Source: Candidatus Moraniibacteriota bacterium | Lineage (GTDB): Bacteria; Patescibacteriota; Minisyncoccia; Moranbacterales; UBA9337 | Assembly: GCA_028695135.1 (NCBI GenBank) | Contig: JAQVJM010000002.1 | Span: 14,249-78,248, forward strand | Length of the DNA stretch: 64,000 nucleotides | Direction of reading: 5' to 3' | Shown: positions 54,798 to 64,000 of the stretch, one piece after another | Numbering within the stretch: the stretch's first letter is position 1 | Layout of the letters: the number at the start of each line of letters is the position of its first letter | Program-made: the position numbers and the translations under genes | The notes under the pieces: generated by a model | What the model saw: the letters and a program-made list of their open reading frames with translations, nothing else | What the model was told of the DNA's origin: nothing | Database searches by the model: none

Positions 54798-57140
54798 TTA
54801 AGGCATCTTTATCCTGAAGATCTCGCTGTCTGTTGATAGGTACGCCCAACCGTTTTTCTCGTCGATCCAGAGATTTTCAGATTTTAAAATTTCCTGATTT
54901 GACCATTGTGATTCCATGGAGCCGTCCTTTCTGAATCTTATCAACTCTCCGTTCTGCCTGTCTATGGCGTACAAAAAGTCCGTATTCTCATTGGTAAAAA
55001 TATTCTTTATATCCGAGTTTTCGTCTTTTTTCAGACCAAAATCTTCCTTTCTCCCTCCTGAAAGCCTGATGACGTTGTTATTTTCAATTAAATATATATT
55101 CTCATCGATTGCTATTGAAGCCGTGTTTTCAAGATTCAAACCTTCCCTGAGCCAATCCACCTTTTCTCCAAATCCTCCCTCGGCTCTCGGATAGCGGTAA
55201 ATCTGGCTGTTTTTTGAATCTACCAGATATATATATGTGAGATACGTTCCTATTGCCGGTATCTGCGCATCTTCAGGAATGTCGATGTTGTTTTGGCTGA
55301 AATTTTTTGAAATCGGGCTGAAGCTGGAGATTTTTTTATCTTTGTTTATCAAGAATATGAGGTTTAGATCTTCCATAAAAGAAAAAGCTTCCGCTTCCCG
55401 GGCATAGTCAGGCAAGTAATATTCTTTCATATTTCCGTTTTCGGAGAGAACCACCTTTTCTTCCGTTATTATGAAAATATTTCCCTCAAAGGGGATCGCT
55501 CCGATTATATTTTCTCCGAAATATATTTTTTCCGCTTCGATATAATGGCCGGATGAAGGATTCACCAGCATTTCTTCTCGATGATTTTTTACCTCTTCCA
55601 CCTTGCTTATGATCTCATTTTTTTTATTTTGAATCTTTATTATGAAAATCGGGGCGATAAATATCGCCGCTATCAGTCCCAAAGCGTAAATTTTTTGTTT
55701 TTTGCTCAGTTTTATGAAAAATCTTTTGGCCTTCGAAAAGCTCGGAATAATTTTTCTCATCGAATGCGAAAAATGTCCGGATTTCTTAGGGGCAAAGATT
55801 CTTTCCGGCCCTTTCTCATATCCAAAAGAAATCTTATCCGGAGCGGAAATTTTTATTTTTTCCGAAATTATCTTGTCCAAAAAACTCTCCGATTTTTTTT
55901 CCGGCTTATCTTCGCCCGATCCCTTGAGCTCGACGTCTATCTTTTGCGGTTTTTCGGGAATGATCCTCCTTGCAAAATTTCCGGCAGAAATGAAAAATCC
56001 GGAGAATAAACTTCCGACTGATTTGAAAATCCCAGCCGCGCCTCCCCAGACCGTTTCTTTGAAAAAATAAGCGGCTTTTTCTTTTATATCGAGATTGCTC
56101 GAAGAAAGACTTTTCCTTATTTTATAGCTACCTTTTTCCAAATAGCGATCCTTCAGCCAGAAGCAAAAGCCCGACATTCTTTCCTTGCAGGTAAAGGAAA
56201 ATTTCTTGACTAAGTTTTCATTCTCTTCTTCGTAATTTTCCGCGGAAGAATCCTTTACGTAGATATGGCCGGTTTTTTTGTTCGTATATTCTTCTTTCTC
56301 GGTTCCATCCGGGGGAGAAACCTCTTCCGGGACGGATTTTTTATCGGAAACGGGTTTTTGGAAAGTTTTATTGCTGAAGGCATTGATATTTTGAGCGATA
56401 ACCTTTTCTTCATCCTCTTTCGCTTTTTTTATTTCCGGAATTTTTTCTTCTATCTCTTTCTCTCTTATATCGACGATTATCGTTCCGGCGATATCAAGCT
56501 CATTGATGAGAGCGGTTTTTAAAAATCTCAAAAAATCCTTCTTTTCAAAAGATAGGGCATGCTTTTCCAGATCTCCGAAGCTGAAAAGGTGGAAAATATC
56601 TTCCGTTGTCAGTATCAGCTTGTCTCCGTCCTTAAGCTTTCCGCTGGCGATGTCGGTAAAAGTTTTTATCGGATTTATCGCCTCGTCCTTCGGAGAAAGT
56701 CCGTTGCTTATCTCGCTTAGTCTCCCTTCTCTCAGAAGGAGTATTTTGGCGTCTCCGGAAACTGTAAAATTTATTTCTTTATCGTCGATGGAGCAGATCG
56801 CAGCGTCTATCTTTCCGATCCAATTGACATTTCCGTGTTTTGCCACTTCCGATAGCGACAGATTAAGGCGATAAAGAGTGGCTTCGAAGCTTTCCAGCGC
56901 CGTTCTGTGGTGGCTGGCAAAATAGGTTTTTTTGCATACAGAAGCCAAAAAATTGACGATGTAAGCGGAATCTTCCGAAGTATCTTTTATTTCGAATATT
57001 CCAAGGATCGTCCCCAGTTTTTTTTGGTCTATATTTTGATAGGAAAAATTTACGGACTCGATATAGGGAGCCAGTTTCTTATTGTTGACTATGAGTATTT
57101 CGGAAATTTCCTTTTCCAATATTTTTTGTTTTAGGGGCAT
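54798..57140 (-). CDS. Large bitopic hypothetical protein: cytoplasmic N-domain (weak PP2C-like pattern), central TM, C-terminal repeat-rich extracytoplasmic domain (beta-propeller-like)
   Basis: TM KIYALGLIAAIFIAPIFIIKI; C-terminal repeated ...IY.../...LY... blades; N-domain ...VSGDAKILLLREGRLSEIS...TIIVDI is only weakly PP2C-like. Confidence 0.45.
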   Translation of the reverse strand: MPLKQKILEKEISEILIVNNKKLAPYIESVNFSYQNIDQKKLGTILGIFEIKDTSEDSAYIVNFLASVCKKTYFASHHRTALESFEATLYRLNLSLSEVAKHGNVNWIGKIDAAICSIDDKEINFTVSGDAKILLLREGRLSEISNGLSPKDEAINPIKTFTDIASGKLKDGDKLILTTEDIFHLFSFGDLEKHALSFEKKDFLRFLKTALINELDIAGTIIVDIREKEIEEKIPEIKKAKEDEEKVIAQNINAFSNKTFQKPVSDKKSVPEEVSPPDGTEKEEYTNKKTGHIYVKDSSAENYEEENENLVKKFSFTCKERMSGFCFWLKDRYLEKGSYKIRKSLSSSNLDIKEKAAYFFKETVWGGAAGIFKSVGSLFSGFFISAGNFARRIIPEKPQKIDVELKGSGEDKPEKKSESFLDKIISEKIKISAPDKISFGYEKGPERIFAPKKSGHFSHSMRKIIPSFSKAKRFFIKLSKKQKIYALGLIAAIFIAPIFIIKIQNKKNEIISKVEEVKNHREEMLVNPSSGHYIEAEKIYFGENIIGAIPFEGNIFIITEEKVVLSENGNMKEYYLPDYAREAEAFSFMEDLNLIFLINKDKKISSFSPISKNFSQNNIDIPEDAQIPAIGTYLTYIYLVDSKNSQIYRYPRAEGGFGEKVDWLREGLNLENTASIAIDENIYLIENNNVIRLSGGRKEDFGLKKDENSDIKNIFTNENTDFLYAIDRQNGELIRFRKDGSMESQWSNQEILKSENLWIDEKNGWAYLSTDSEIFRIKMP

Positions 57141-57475
57141 ACTCCAAAATTAAAACGAATATATGATCGGCGCCAAAGCCGATTTTCTGCCTTTATAATT
57201 ATACCAAATATTTAAATGGTGTTAAAGGCTTTCTTCCTTGCATCTTTTCAATCATCATCTTTCTCCATCTGCTGAGGCGTTTTTCGCATGAAATGTTTTT
57301 CGAGATTGAGATTTTTTTCGAAAAATATTATCCGAACTTGTCATGCCGGATATATCCGCCTAAGCGAATGGCGAGGAAGGATCGCAATTTAACGGGGTTT
57401 ACTTTTTGTTTTTTTAGTATTAGACTGTATTTTAGCGGGATGTGAATAATTTTTTAAATTTTCTTTCATAAAAAT

Positions 57476-58084
57476 ATGTCGACGACAGAAGTTTTGGAAG
57501 TGCTATTCGGATCAAAGACCAGGGCTAGGATGATGCGTTTCTTCATCCTTAACCCAAAGGGAGAGTACACTTTTCCCGAGATTTTGAGAAAAAATTTATT
57601 GAAATCTCCCGAAGCCAGAAAGGAGCTGAACATATTTAAAAAAGCCAGATTTACCAAAGAAAGGAAAAAAGGAGGGAAAAAATATTATTTTATAAATCCG
57701 GATTTTCCCTTTTACAAGGAGATAGAGAGACTGATAGTGAGATCGGATATTTTTCCCCAGTGCAAAAGTTTGTCAATGATAAAAAAAGTAGGCAACGTAA
57801 AATTGGCGGTGACTACCGGAGTTTTTTTGAATTATGAAAAAGGCGATGTCGATCTGCTTATAGTCGTCGATGGAGTAAGTCGGGCGAAGCTTAAAAAGAT
57901 GATAGCCAACTTGGAGGCCGAAGTGGGCAGAGAGATAAGATATATGATTATCGACAACGAGGAACTGACCTACCGCTTAAATATGCTGGACAGGTTCATA
58001 ATTGATATGTTCAAGGGGCCTCATGAAATCATAATAAACAAAGCTCCCAAGGTTAAGCAAATAATATCCAGACTGGAAAAATAA
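57476..58084 (+). CDS. Winged-helix plus minimal nucleotidyltransferase (MNT)-like protein
   Basis: N-terminal wHTH-like SKTRARMMRFFILNPKGEYTFPEIL; GS...GDVDLLIVVDG resembles the NTase fold G-S...D-x-D motif. Confidence 0.4.
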   Translation: MSTTEVLEVLFGSKTRARMMRFFILNPKGEYTFPEILRKNLLKSPEARKELNIFKKARFTKERKKGGKKYYFINPDFPFYKEIERLIVRSDIFPQCKSLSMIKKVGNVKLAVTTGVFLNYEKGDVDLLIVVDGVSRAKLKKMIANLEAEVGREIRYMIIDNEELTYRLNMLDRFIIDMFKGPHEIIINKAPKVKQIISRLEK

Positions 58085-58092
58085 GATCCAAA

Positions 58093-58455
58093 ATGCATCT
58101 CGAAAATTTGAGACAATTTATAAAAAACCCCTTACTATCTCTTATTTTTGGCATTTCGATATTGATCAACTTGATAAATTTTACGGCGCTTTTCCTTTTT
58201 TTAAGAAGGCTTAACAATGTCATAATTCTCCATTACAACGTTTATCTCGGCGTCGATATTTTCGGCCACAGACGGCAGGCTCTTTTTATGCCTTTTGTGG
58301 GTTTCTTTTTTATTTTAGTCAATTTGATCCTGGCCTATTATTTTTTCAGCCAGAAAGAAAGGCTTATTTCCCATGTTTTATCCCTAACCACCCTGATAAT
58401 CCAGCTGGGCTTGACTGTCGCCGGGGCATCGATTATTATGGTGAATTATCTATGA
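58093..58455 (+). CDS. Three-TM membrane protein (hypothetical)
   Basis: Hydrophobicity. Confidence 0.35.
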   Translation: MHLENLRQFIKNPLLSLIFGISILINLINFTALFLFLRRLNNVIILHYNVYLGVDIFGHRRQALFMPFVGFFFILVNLILAYYFFSQKERLISHVLSLTTLIIQLGLTVAGASIIMVNYL

Positions 58456-58546
58456 AGTAGGAATTATCAGGTAGCAAGTAGCAGGCCTATTTTCGTTCTC
58501 TATCTTATACTTTCTACTTTCTATCTTATACTTTCTGTTTAACCAT

Positions 58547-60226
58547 ATGTTCAAATTTCCAAGTCCGCTACCCGACAATCCAAAGGACAAAAAAGCCCAG
58601 AGATATCTGGAAGTGATTCCGGGGATTTTGACTTGGGGAACTCTGATAAGTATGCCTCTTTTGTCTTTTCTGCTTCCGGTCTGGATAGCGATCTTCATAA
58701 TCCTTTTTGACATTTATTGGATCCACAGGACTATTTTCATATCTTTTTATTCGGTAACGGCTTACAAAAAGTTGCAGAGAGGAAAAAATCTAGACTGGTG
58801 GGGGAGATGCCAAAATATAAGCGAGCCGAGGAAATACGCGGAAACCCTGAACGCCCGGATAGAAGATCTCAAAAGAATGTTAAGCGAGAATATTTCTTTC
58901 AAGAAAAAAAGTAAAATAAAAAAAGAGATCAAGCTTCTCGGGGACGACAAGAAAGAAGTCGAGAAACTGGAAGGCATAAAGGATCAGATCTGGGATTGGA
59001 GAAAAATAATCCATGTGGTCGCGCTTCCTACAGCCGGAGAGCCGGCCGAAGTCATCGAGCCAGCCATCCAGGCGGTGGCGGACAGCAATTTCCCCAATAA
59101 GCAGATAATAATACTTCTGGCTACGGAGGAACATGAGCCGGAAGAAAGACGGCTTAAGAAAGTGAATTATCTGAAGAATAAATTTGAAGGAGTATTCAGA
59201 GATTTCCTGGTTACGACTCATATAGTTCAGGAAGGAGAGATGAAATGCAAGGCTTCAAACATGACTTTTGCAGCCAGAGAGCTTAAGAAATATTTGGAAG
59301 AGCGCGGTGTAGATTTTAAGCGGGTCATATTTTCTAATTTTGATTGCGACAGCGTCTGCCACAAGGAATATTTTGCGGCGCTTACTTATTCCTATATAAC
59401 CGATCCCAAAAGGCTTCAGCGTTCCTATCAGCCGATTCCGGTCTATCACAACAATCTTTGGGACACCAACGCCTTTGTGAGAGTGATTGTCACCAGTTCT
59501 TCTTTTTGGCATATGTATCAGAGCACCAGGAAGGAAATGGTCACTTTTTCCTCTCATAGCGAGCCTTTCGATACTTTGGTGAAGGTGGACTTCTGGCCAG
59601 TCAATATGATCAGCGAAGACTCGATAATTTATTGGAAATGTTTTTCTTATTACCACGGAGATTACCGGGTTACGCCTATTTATCTGCCGATTTCCTTGGA
59701 CGCGGTTCTGGCCGACACTTATTGGAAGACCATCAAAAACCAATATTTCCAGAAAAGGCGCTGGGCATACGGGGTGGAAAATTTTCCTATTATAATGAGA
59801 GCCATCTGGAATGACAAGAAGGTCAAGTTCCTGAAGAAAATGAGGATCGCTTTTGAAATGCTGGAAGGCCATCATTCATGGGCTACGGCGCCTTTCATCC
59901 TGGCGATTCTCGGATGGTTGCCGCTGATTTTCGGAGGAACTCAATTTAATGAAAGCGTTTTGGCGCACAATCTTCCTTTTATTACCAGGAATCTTATGAG
60001 CTTAGCCATGGTCGGACTTCTTATTTCCATGTCATTGAGCTTTATCCTGATGCCGGAAAGGCCTAAAAAATATTCCCGTGTGAAATACGTCTACATGTTT
60101 TTGCAGTGGCTCTTGGTTCCGGTCATCGCGCCGACACTGGGAGCGATGCCGGCCATAGATTCCCAGACAAGGATTTTAACTAAAAAATATTTCACGGAAT
60201 TTTGGGTGACGCCTAAAAATAAATAG
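58547..60226 (+). CDS. Processive family-2 beta-glycosyltransferase (cellulose/chitin/hyaluronan-synthase-like) with QxxRW motif and flanking TM helices
   Basis: N-terminal TMs, cytoplasmic GT-A domain (ILLATEEHEP..., FDCDSV), FQKRRWAYG (QxxRW), C-terminal TMs. Confidence 0.7.
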   Translation: MFKFPSPLPDNPKDKKAQRYLEVIPGILTWGTLISMPLLSFLLPVWIAIFIILFDIYWIHRTIFISFYSVTAYKKLQRGKNLDWWGRCQNISEPRKYAETLNARIEDLKRMLSENISFKKKSKIKKEIKLLGDDKKEVEKLEGIKDQIWDWRKIIHVVALPTAGEPAEVIEPAIQAVADSNFPNKQIIILLATEEHEPEERRLKKVNYLKNKFEGVFRDFLVTTHIVQEGEMKCKASNMTFAARELKKYLEERGVDFKRVIFSNFDCDSVCHKEYFAALTYSYITDPKRLQRSYQPIPVYHNNLWDTNAFVRVIVTSSSFWHMYQSTRKEMVTFSSHSEPFDTLVKVDFWPVNMISEDSIIYWKCFSYYHGDYRVTPIYLPISLDAVLADTYWKTIKNQYFQKRRWAYGVENFPIIMRAIWNDKKVKFLKKMRIAFEMLEGHHSWATAPFILAILGWLPLIFGGTQFNESVLAHNLPFITRNLMSLAMVGLLISMSLSFILMPERPKKYSRVKYVYMFLQWLLVPVIAPTLGAMPAIDSQTRILTKKYFTEFWVTPKNK

Positions 60227-60360
60227 GAAGCAGGAGGCAAGTGACATGAGACAGGTGATAAGAGACAACAGATATGATATTTGATTTATGAGACGCAAGC
60301 TATGAGTTATAAGATACGAAGTTGCTAAAAGCCATAACATAAAAGCTATAAGCTAAGAAA

Positions 60361-60948
60361 ATGGAACTGAAAGAATACATAAAAATATTCAAAAATAACT
60401 TCAAATTTTTCGCGCTGATTGTCGCAAGCGTTTTGGTTTCCGGCATCGCTTTTCAGGAATTTATGCCGGAAAAATACAGAGTCGAAGCCAATCTGGATGT
60501 CACTCGGTCAGGACTGCAGAAAGAGACTTCAGATTATCGATATGATGAATTTTATCGCCTGCAAGCTGATGAGCGCTTCGCCGATACGGTCGTGCGCTGG
60601 ATAGGTTCAGGAAGGATCAGAGAGGATATTTCCACGGAATCGAAAGGCGCCGGCTTTGAAAAGTTGAAAGCCGAGAGGCTTTCTTCCCAGCTGGTAAGGA
60701 TAACTTTTGTCGTTTCCGATGTGGAGGATTCAAAAAAGATTGTTGCGGCGATTGAAAAAGTTCTGAATGATAAGACGCAGGAACTTAATAAGGATCAAAA
60801 TAATCCCAACTGGTTCAAGATAATAGTAAGCAATCCCGTGGTTTCCCCGCATAAGCTTCCTTTCGCCAGACTCTTTTTTATGATGTCGGCCCTGGGAATT
60901 TTTGTCGGATTCTGGTCGGTATTGGCGAGGCATTATTTGGAAGAATAG
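60361..60948 (+). CDS. Wzz/PCP-like protein (N- and C-terminal TM, periplasmic middle), putative polysaccharide chain-length/co-polymerase
   Basis: TM at 14-32 and 170-190; position between a processive GT2 and a GT4. Confidence 0.4.
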   Translation: MELKEYIKIFKNNFKFFALIVASVLVSGIAFQEFMPEKYRVEANLDVTRSGLQKETSDYRYDEFYRLQADERFADTVVRWIGSGRIREDISTESKGAGFEKLKAERLSSQLVRITFVVSDVEDSKKIVAAIEKVLNDKTQELNKDQNNPNWFKIIVSNPVVSPHKLPFARLFFMMSALGIFVGFWSVLARHYLEE

Positions 60949-61027
60949 GCATAATCGATATGCGACAAGCGACAAGGTTTGGTGCATCGGTATATTTGTA
61001 AAAAATTAGCAATTAGCAAAGAATTTC

Positions 61028-62179
61028 ATGAGGATAGGCATCGATGTGCGTTGCCTCTATGAGGGCCGGCAGACCGGAGTGGAGGAGTACGCAGTGAATT
61101 TATTAAAAAATATTTTTAAGGAGGACAAACGCAACAGGTATGTTCTTTTTTTTAACGCTTTCAAGAAAAGCAAGGCCGATTTCGGATGGATAAAGGATTA
61201 TTCCAACGTCGAGCTGAAGACATTCCGCTATCCCAACAAGCTTTTGAATTTTTTGTTCTGGTACCTGAAATATCCCAAGGCCGACAGGATGCTCGGAGGG
61301 GTGGATTATTTTTTTATGCCCAACATCAATTTCATCGCTCTTTCCAGGAAAGCGAAACTGATCTTGACGATCCATGATCTTTCTTTTAAGCATTTTCCGG
61401 AGACTTTTCCTTTCAAGACGCGCCTTTGGCATTGGTTCGTAAATCCGAAGACGCTGGCGCGAAATGCCCAGAAAATCATTGCTGTATCCCGATCCACCAA
61501 GGAGGACTTGGAGCGCATCTATAAAATTCCGGAAGAGAAGATAGAAGTGATTTATAACGGAATTTCGGAAAAATTGGGAGTTATTGACAGGAACAATCCC
61601 AGGCTCCTGGAGGTAAAAGAAAAATACGACTTGCCTTTCAATTTTATATTGTTTTTGGGAACTTTCGAGCCTAGGAAAAACATAATCGGGGCGGTCAGGG
61701 CTTACGAGATTTTGCGGAGACGAGGAGGGAAAGATATGGAAAGATTCAAGCTGGTGATTGCCGGAGCGAGGGGATGGAAATCCAGGAAGATAAAAAAAGA
61801 TATCGGCAGGTCAGAATTTAGAGAGGATATTCTGCTTTTGAATTTCATCGAAGAAGATGATAAGACTTATCTTTACAACCTGGCTTCGCTTTTTGTCTAT
61901 CCTTCTTTTTTCGAGGGTTTCGGAATTCCGCCTTTGGAAGCGATGAAGTGCGGAATAAACGTGGTGGCGTCCAATAATTCTTCCATGCCGGAAGTAGTGG
62001 GGGGAGGGGGAATCTTGGTCGATGCCGACCGACCGGATGAGATCGCCATCGCGATGAGAGAGCTTATTTTGGACAAAAAGGCCAAGGAGGAAATTTCTCG
62101 CGAAAGGATGCGCCAGGTCCAGAAGTTTTCCTGGGGCAGATCGGCCCGGGAATTTATAAGAATGCTGGAATCTTTCTAG
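61028..62179 (+). CDS. Glycosyltransferase family 4
   Basis: GT-B; SFFEGFGIPPLEAMKCGINVVASNNSSMPEVVGGGGILVD (EX7E). Confidence 0.8.
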   Translation: MRIGIDVRCLYEGRQTGVEEYAVNLLKNIFKEDKRNRYVLFFNAFKKSKADFGWIKDYSNVELKTFRYPNKLLNFLFWYLKYPKADRMLGGVDYFFMPNINFIALSRKAKLILTIHDLSFKHFPETFPFKTRLWHWFVNPKTLARNAQKIIAVSRSTKEDLERIYKIPEEKIEVIYNGISEKLGVIDRNNPRLLEVKEKYDLPFNFILFLGTFEPRKNIIGAVRAYEILRRRGGKDMERFKLVIAGARGWKSRKIKKDIGRSEFREDILLLNFIEEDDKTYLYNLASLFVYPSFFEGFGIPPLEAMKCGINVVASNNSSMPEVVGGGGILVDADRPDEIAIAMRELILDKKAKEEISRERMRQVQKFSWGRSAREFIRMLESF

Positions 62180-62314
62180 ACAATTGAATGTGTATCTTTA
62201 AAGATACACTTTTTAAGGATTTTTTTAGAATTATTTTTTGACAAAGAGATCTTTTTAAGATATATTTTTATGTCTGAGTTATTTTAAAAAAGCCCGAGAA
62301 GGGGCAATTCCCAA

Positions 62315-62665
62315 ATGGAGGAAAAAATGAAAAAGATAGGTTGCTTTCTGGCAGTGGCGTTTGTGTTGGCGTTTTTCTCTTTTGCTTCGGCAGAAGAGAT
62401 GGGAGTTTCCACCAAAAGTTTTGAGCTGGAATGCGGATCGGATAATCTTATACAGGATCTGGGCAACGGATTTACACTGATTGTCGATACCAGTGAAAAT
62501 GATTCCGAGGTTTGCGGATCATACAAAGTTTTCAAGTCGGAATATATACTTATCGAGGGAAGGATACCGAAGGATGATCCGCGATCCAGCGTGTCGATCA
62601 ACGAATATATCTGGGTCACCTTCCAGCCATCGGAAGACGGCCGGAGAGTTTTGGTCAAGTGGTAG
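62315..62665 (+). CDS. Small secreted hypothetical protein
   Basis: Signal peptide MKKIGCFLAVAFVLAFFSFASA; 116 aa. Confidence 0.4.
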   Translation: MEEKMKKIGCFLAVAFVLAFFSFASAEEMGVSTKSFELECGSDNLIQDLGNGFTLIVDTSENDSEVCGSYKVFKSEYILIEGRIPKDDPRSSVSINEYIWVTFQPSEDGRRVLVKW

Positions 62666-62675
62666 TTTATATGTG

Positions 62676-62715
62676 GGTACATAATTCTACGACCGTGGAA
62701 TTATGTAACCGGATG
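62676..62715 (+). ncRNA. Conserved hairpin element (copy 2), followed by a T-run
   Basis: GGGTACATAATTCTACGACCGTGGAATTATGTAACC (9-bp stem ACATAATTC/GAATTATGT) + GGATGTCGGTTGCTTTTT. Confidence 0.4.
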
Positions 62716-62997
62716 TCGGTTGCTTTTTAAAAAAAACATGGCGCGGGTCTGAAAACAGATTTGCGCCGTTTTTTAAATTATTATATATTTTTTGGTCAGT
62801 GTAGGCTTATTTTCTCCACTTTCTTTGACAGCAAAGAAAGTGGATGAAAGAAACTGCGCTCCGTGCTCCACCGCTAAAGCTTTAGGCGGCACGCGGTCGG
62901 CCAAAGCTCGCCTAGGCGAGCGGCGTGCGACCGCACGTGCTTAGTGCTGGCCAAATTTCTTGACGCTTTTTCACTGAAGTTCCACGCGCTTCGCTGT

Positions 62998-63100
62998 GAA
63001 ACTTCTTAACGCTCAAAAGCTAAAATTTGGAAACGCATTTGCAATGTGCAGATAATATTTGATAGTTTGCCTGATTTCTTTACGCCTCGGTTGTCGCGGA
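62998..63100. repeat. Intergenic repeat element (copy 2): TTCTTAACGCTCAAAAGCTAAAATTTGGAAACGCATTTGCAATGTGCAGA ... CCTCGGTTGTCGCGGA
   Basis: ~90% identical to 22353-22453; also preceded by a CTCGCC-TAG-GCGAG hairpin (62895-62912) like the one at 22120. Confidence 0.65.
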
Positions 63101-63456
63101 TTAAAGAATATAGCATCACTGATATTTCCCATTTGATTTTTATAGTAAAATCAAAGATTCTGATAAAAAGAAAAAAGCCCTCAATGCGGGAAGAGCGTAT
63201 GGCTTGTCCGCCATGCCCTAGCGCGCATAAAGCGATTAAGGCAGGCAGAATCCCTTGAAAAATATTGTCGGAAAAAATAAATTTTTTCCCTGAAAATCCA
63301 GGTGGGATCCAATTTTTCACTCCTCCGTTCTGAAGGCTCCGATCTGATTGTAGCATAAATCGAGCTTGCTGTCATTTCGATAATTTTTTAAAAACATTTT
63401 CGGATTTACACAATCAGCTTTTTATGTTAAAATGCTATAACTAAAAAATAAAAAAG

Positions 63457-64000
63457 ATGTTTGAAAAAATTCCGACAAAAAATTGGATCTTTTTGGGAAT
63501 ATTTTTATTGATCGCTGGAGCTTCAACTTTCTTGATCTTGCAAGAAATAGACAAAAGAACGGAAATAAGAATAGAAGAGCAGAAAAAGCTTCAGGAGGAA
63601 GCGGAATTCGAGGCGATAGAAATGAAATATGATAAGCTGATCAAAGAGCGAGAAGCGTCTCTTCCTATCGAGCCTCTTTTTGATCCGCCTCCGCCTCCGG
63701 ATATGGAAAGGATAAAAAGAGAGGGGTGCGTGGCGGATGGCCTTCTTAACGGATACAGCAAAGGAACGGAGGAGGCCGTAAAGCTCATCAATAGATCCAA
63801 TTGTTATTATCTCCATCGTTCTGTCGAGACTTGGCTTGAGACGCCGGATTTTGAGGAAATAAAAGAGACGATGGACAAGATAAAGAAAGAAGACATCGTT
63901 TATGGGATGTTCATCGCAGAGGCGATCGATACCAAGGCTGATTATTTTTACGAAACCAGGAACAGGGAATTCGATTTTTCCAGAATGTGCCGTGACGGAA
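63457..64000 (+). CDS. Hypothetical membrane-anchored protein (3' end beyond window)
   Basis: ATG at 63457, open to the window end; N-terminal TM IFLGIFLLIAGASTFLIL; PPPPP stretch. Confidence 0.35.
   Translation, partial: MFEKIPTKNWIFLGIFLLIAGASTFLILQEIDKRTEIRIEEQKKLQEEAEFEAIEMKYDKLIKEREASLPIEPLFDPPPPPDMERIKREGCVADGLLNGYSKGTEEAVKLINRSNCYYLHRSVETWLETPDFEEIKETMDKIKKEDIVYGMFIAEAIDTKADYFYETRNREFDFSRMCRDG

Noticed and set aside
55581-57134. Plus-strand ORFs antisense to the 780-aa gene (55581-56009, 55702-56070, 56265-56522, 56503-56874, 56907-57134)
   Set aside because: Low-complexity antisense frames of an AT-rich gene.

Overview
This is a low-GC, gene-dense bacterial chromosomal window. Its style (small proteins, many membrane and glycosyltransferase genes, rRNA genes with insertions, unlinked 23S-5S operon) suggests a reduced-genome lineage such as Patescibacteria/CPR; that assignment is inference only.

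Housekeeping genes I recognise: rplU, recR, dnaB, groES, def-fmt, thyX/tmk, gatB, ispG, mscL, cysS, yidD, trmD, ftsW, mraY, pgk, eno, gpmI. I also call tRNA-Gln, tRNA-Ser and tRNA-Arg, and a 23S+5S rRNA operon with a near-consensus promoter and no 16S gene upstream.

Accessory content: several glycosylation clusters (GT2 GtrB/DPM1-like plus GT-C-like plus GT4; a processive GT2 with QxxRW plus Wzz-like plus GT4), a split VirD4/TrwB-like coupling-ATPase module, a GIY-YIG nuclease and a GNAT acetyltransferase.

The strongest signals:
- A ~130-nt AT-rich hairpin element sits as three intervening sequences in 23S hairpin loops, and a ~66-nt segment homologous to it (22 nt identical) lies in frame inside gatB. 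A related (AAAATTC)x5 repeat lies in frame in eno.
- A group-I-intron-like 259-nt insertion sits at the classic 23S homing site (E. coli ~2593).
- A complete Glu-like tRNA-Gln(CUG) gene is nested inside a disrupted bacterial-type tRNA-Gln gene.
- A tRNA-Arg is followed by a tRNA-Arg-like pseudogene interrupted by a GC-rich palindrome. That palindrome (CCTGCCTGCCGGCAGGCAGG) also flanks a GT4 gene and recurs inside tmk.
- A thymidylate cluster holds thyX, a tandem-duplicated ThyX-like fusion with complementary loss of catalytic motifs, tmk and a MazG-like gene.
- Several further conserved intergenic repeat and hairpin families are present.

I found no CRISPR array, transposase or integrase.
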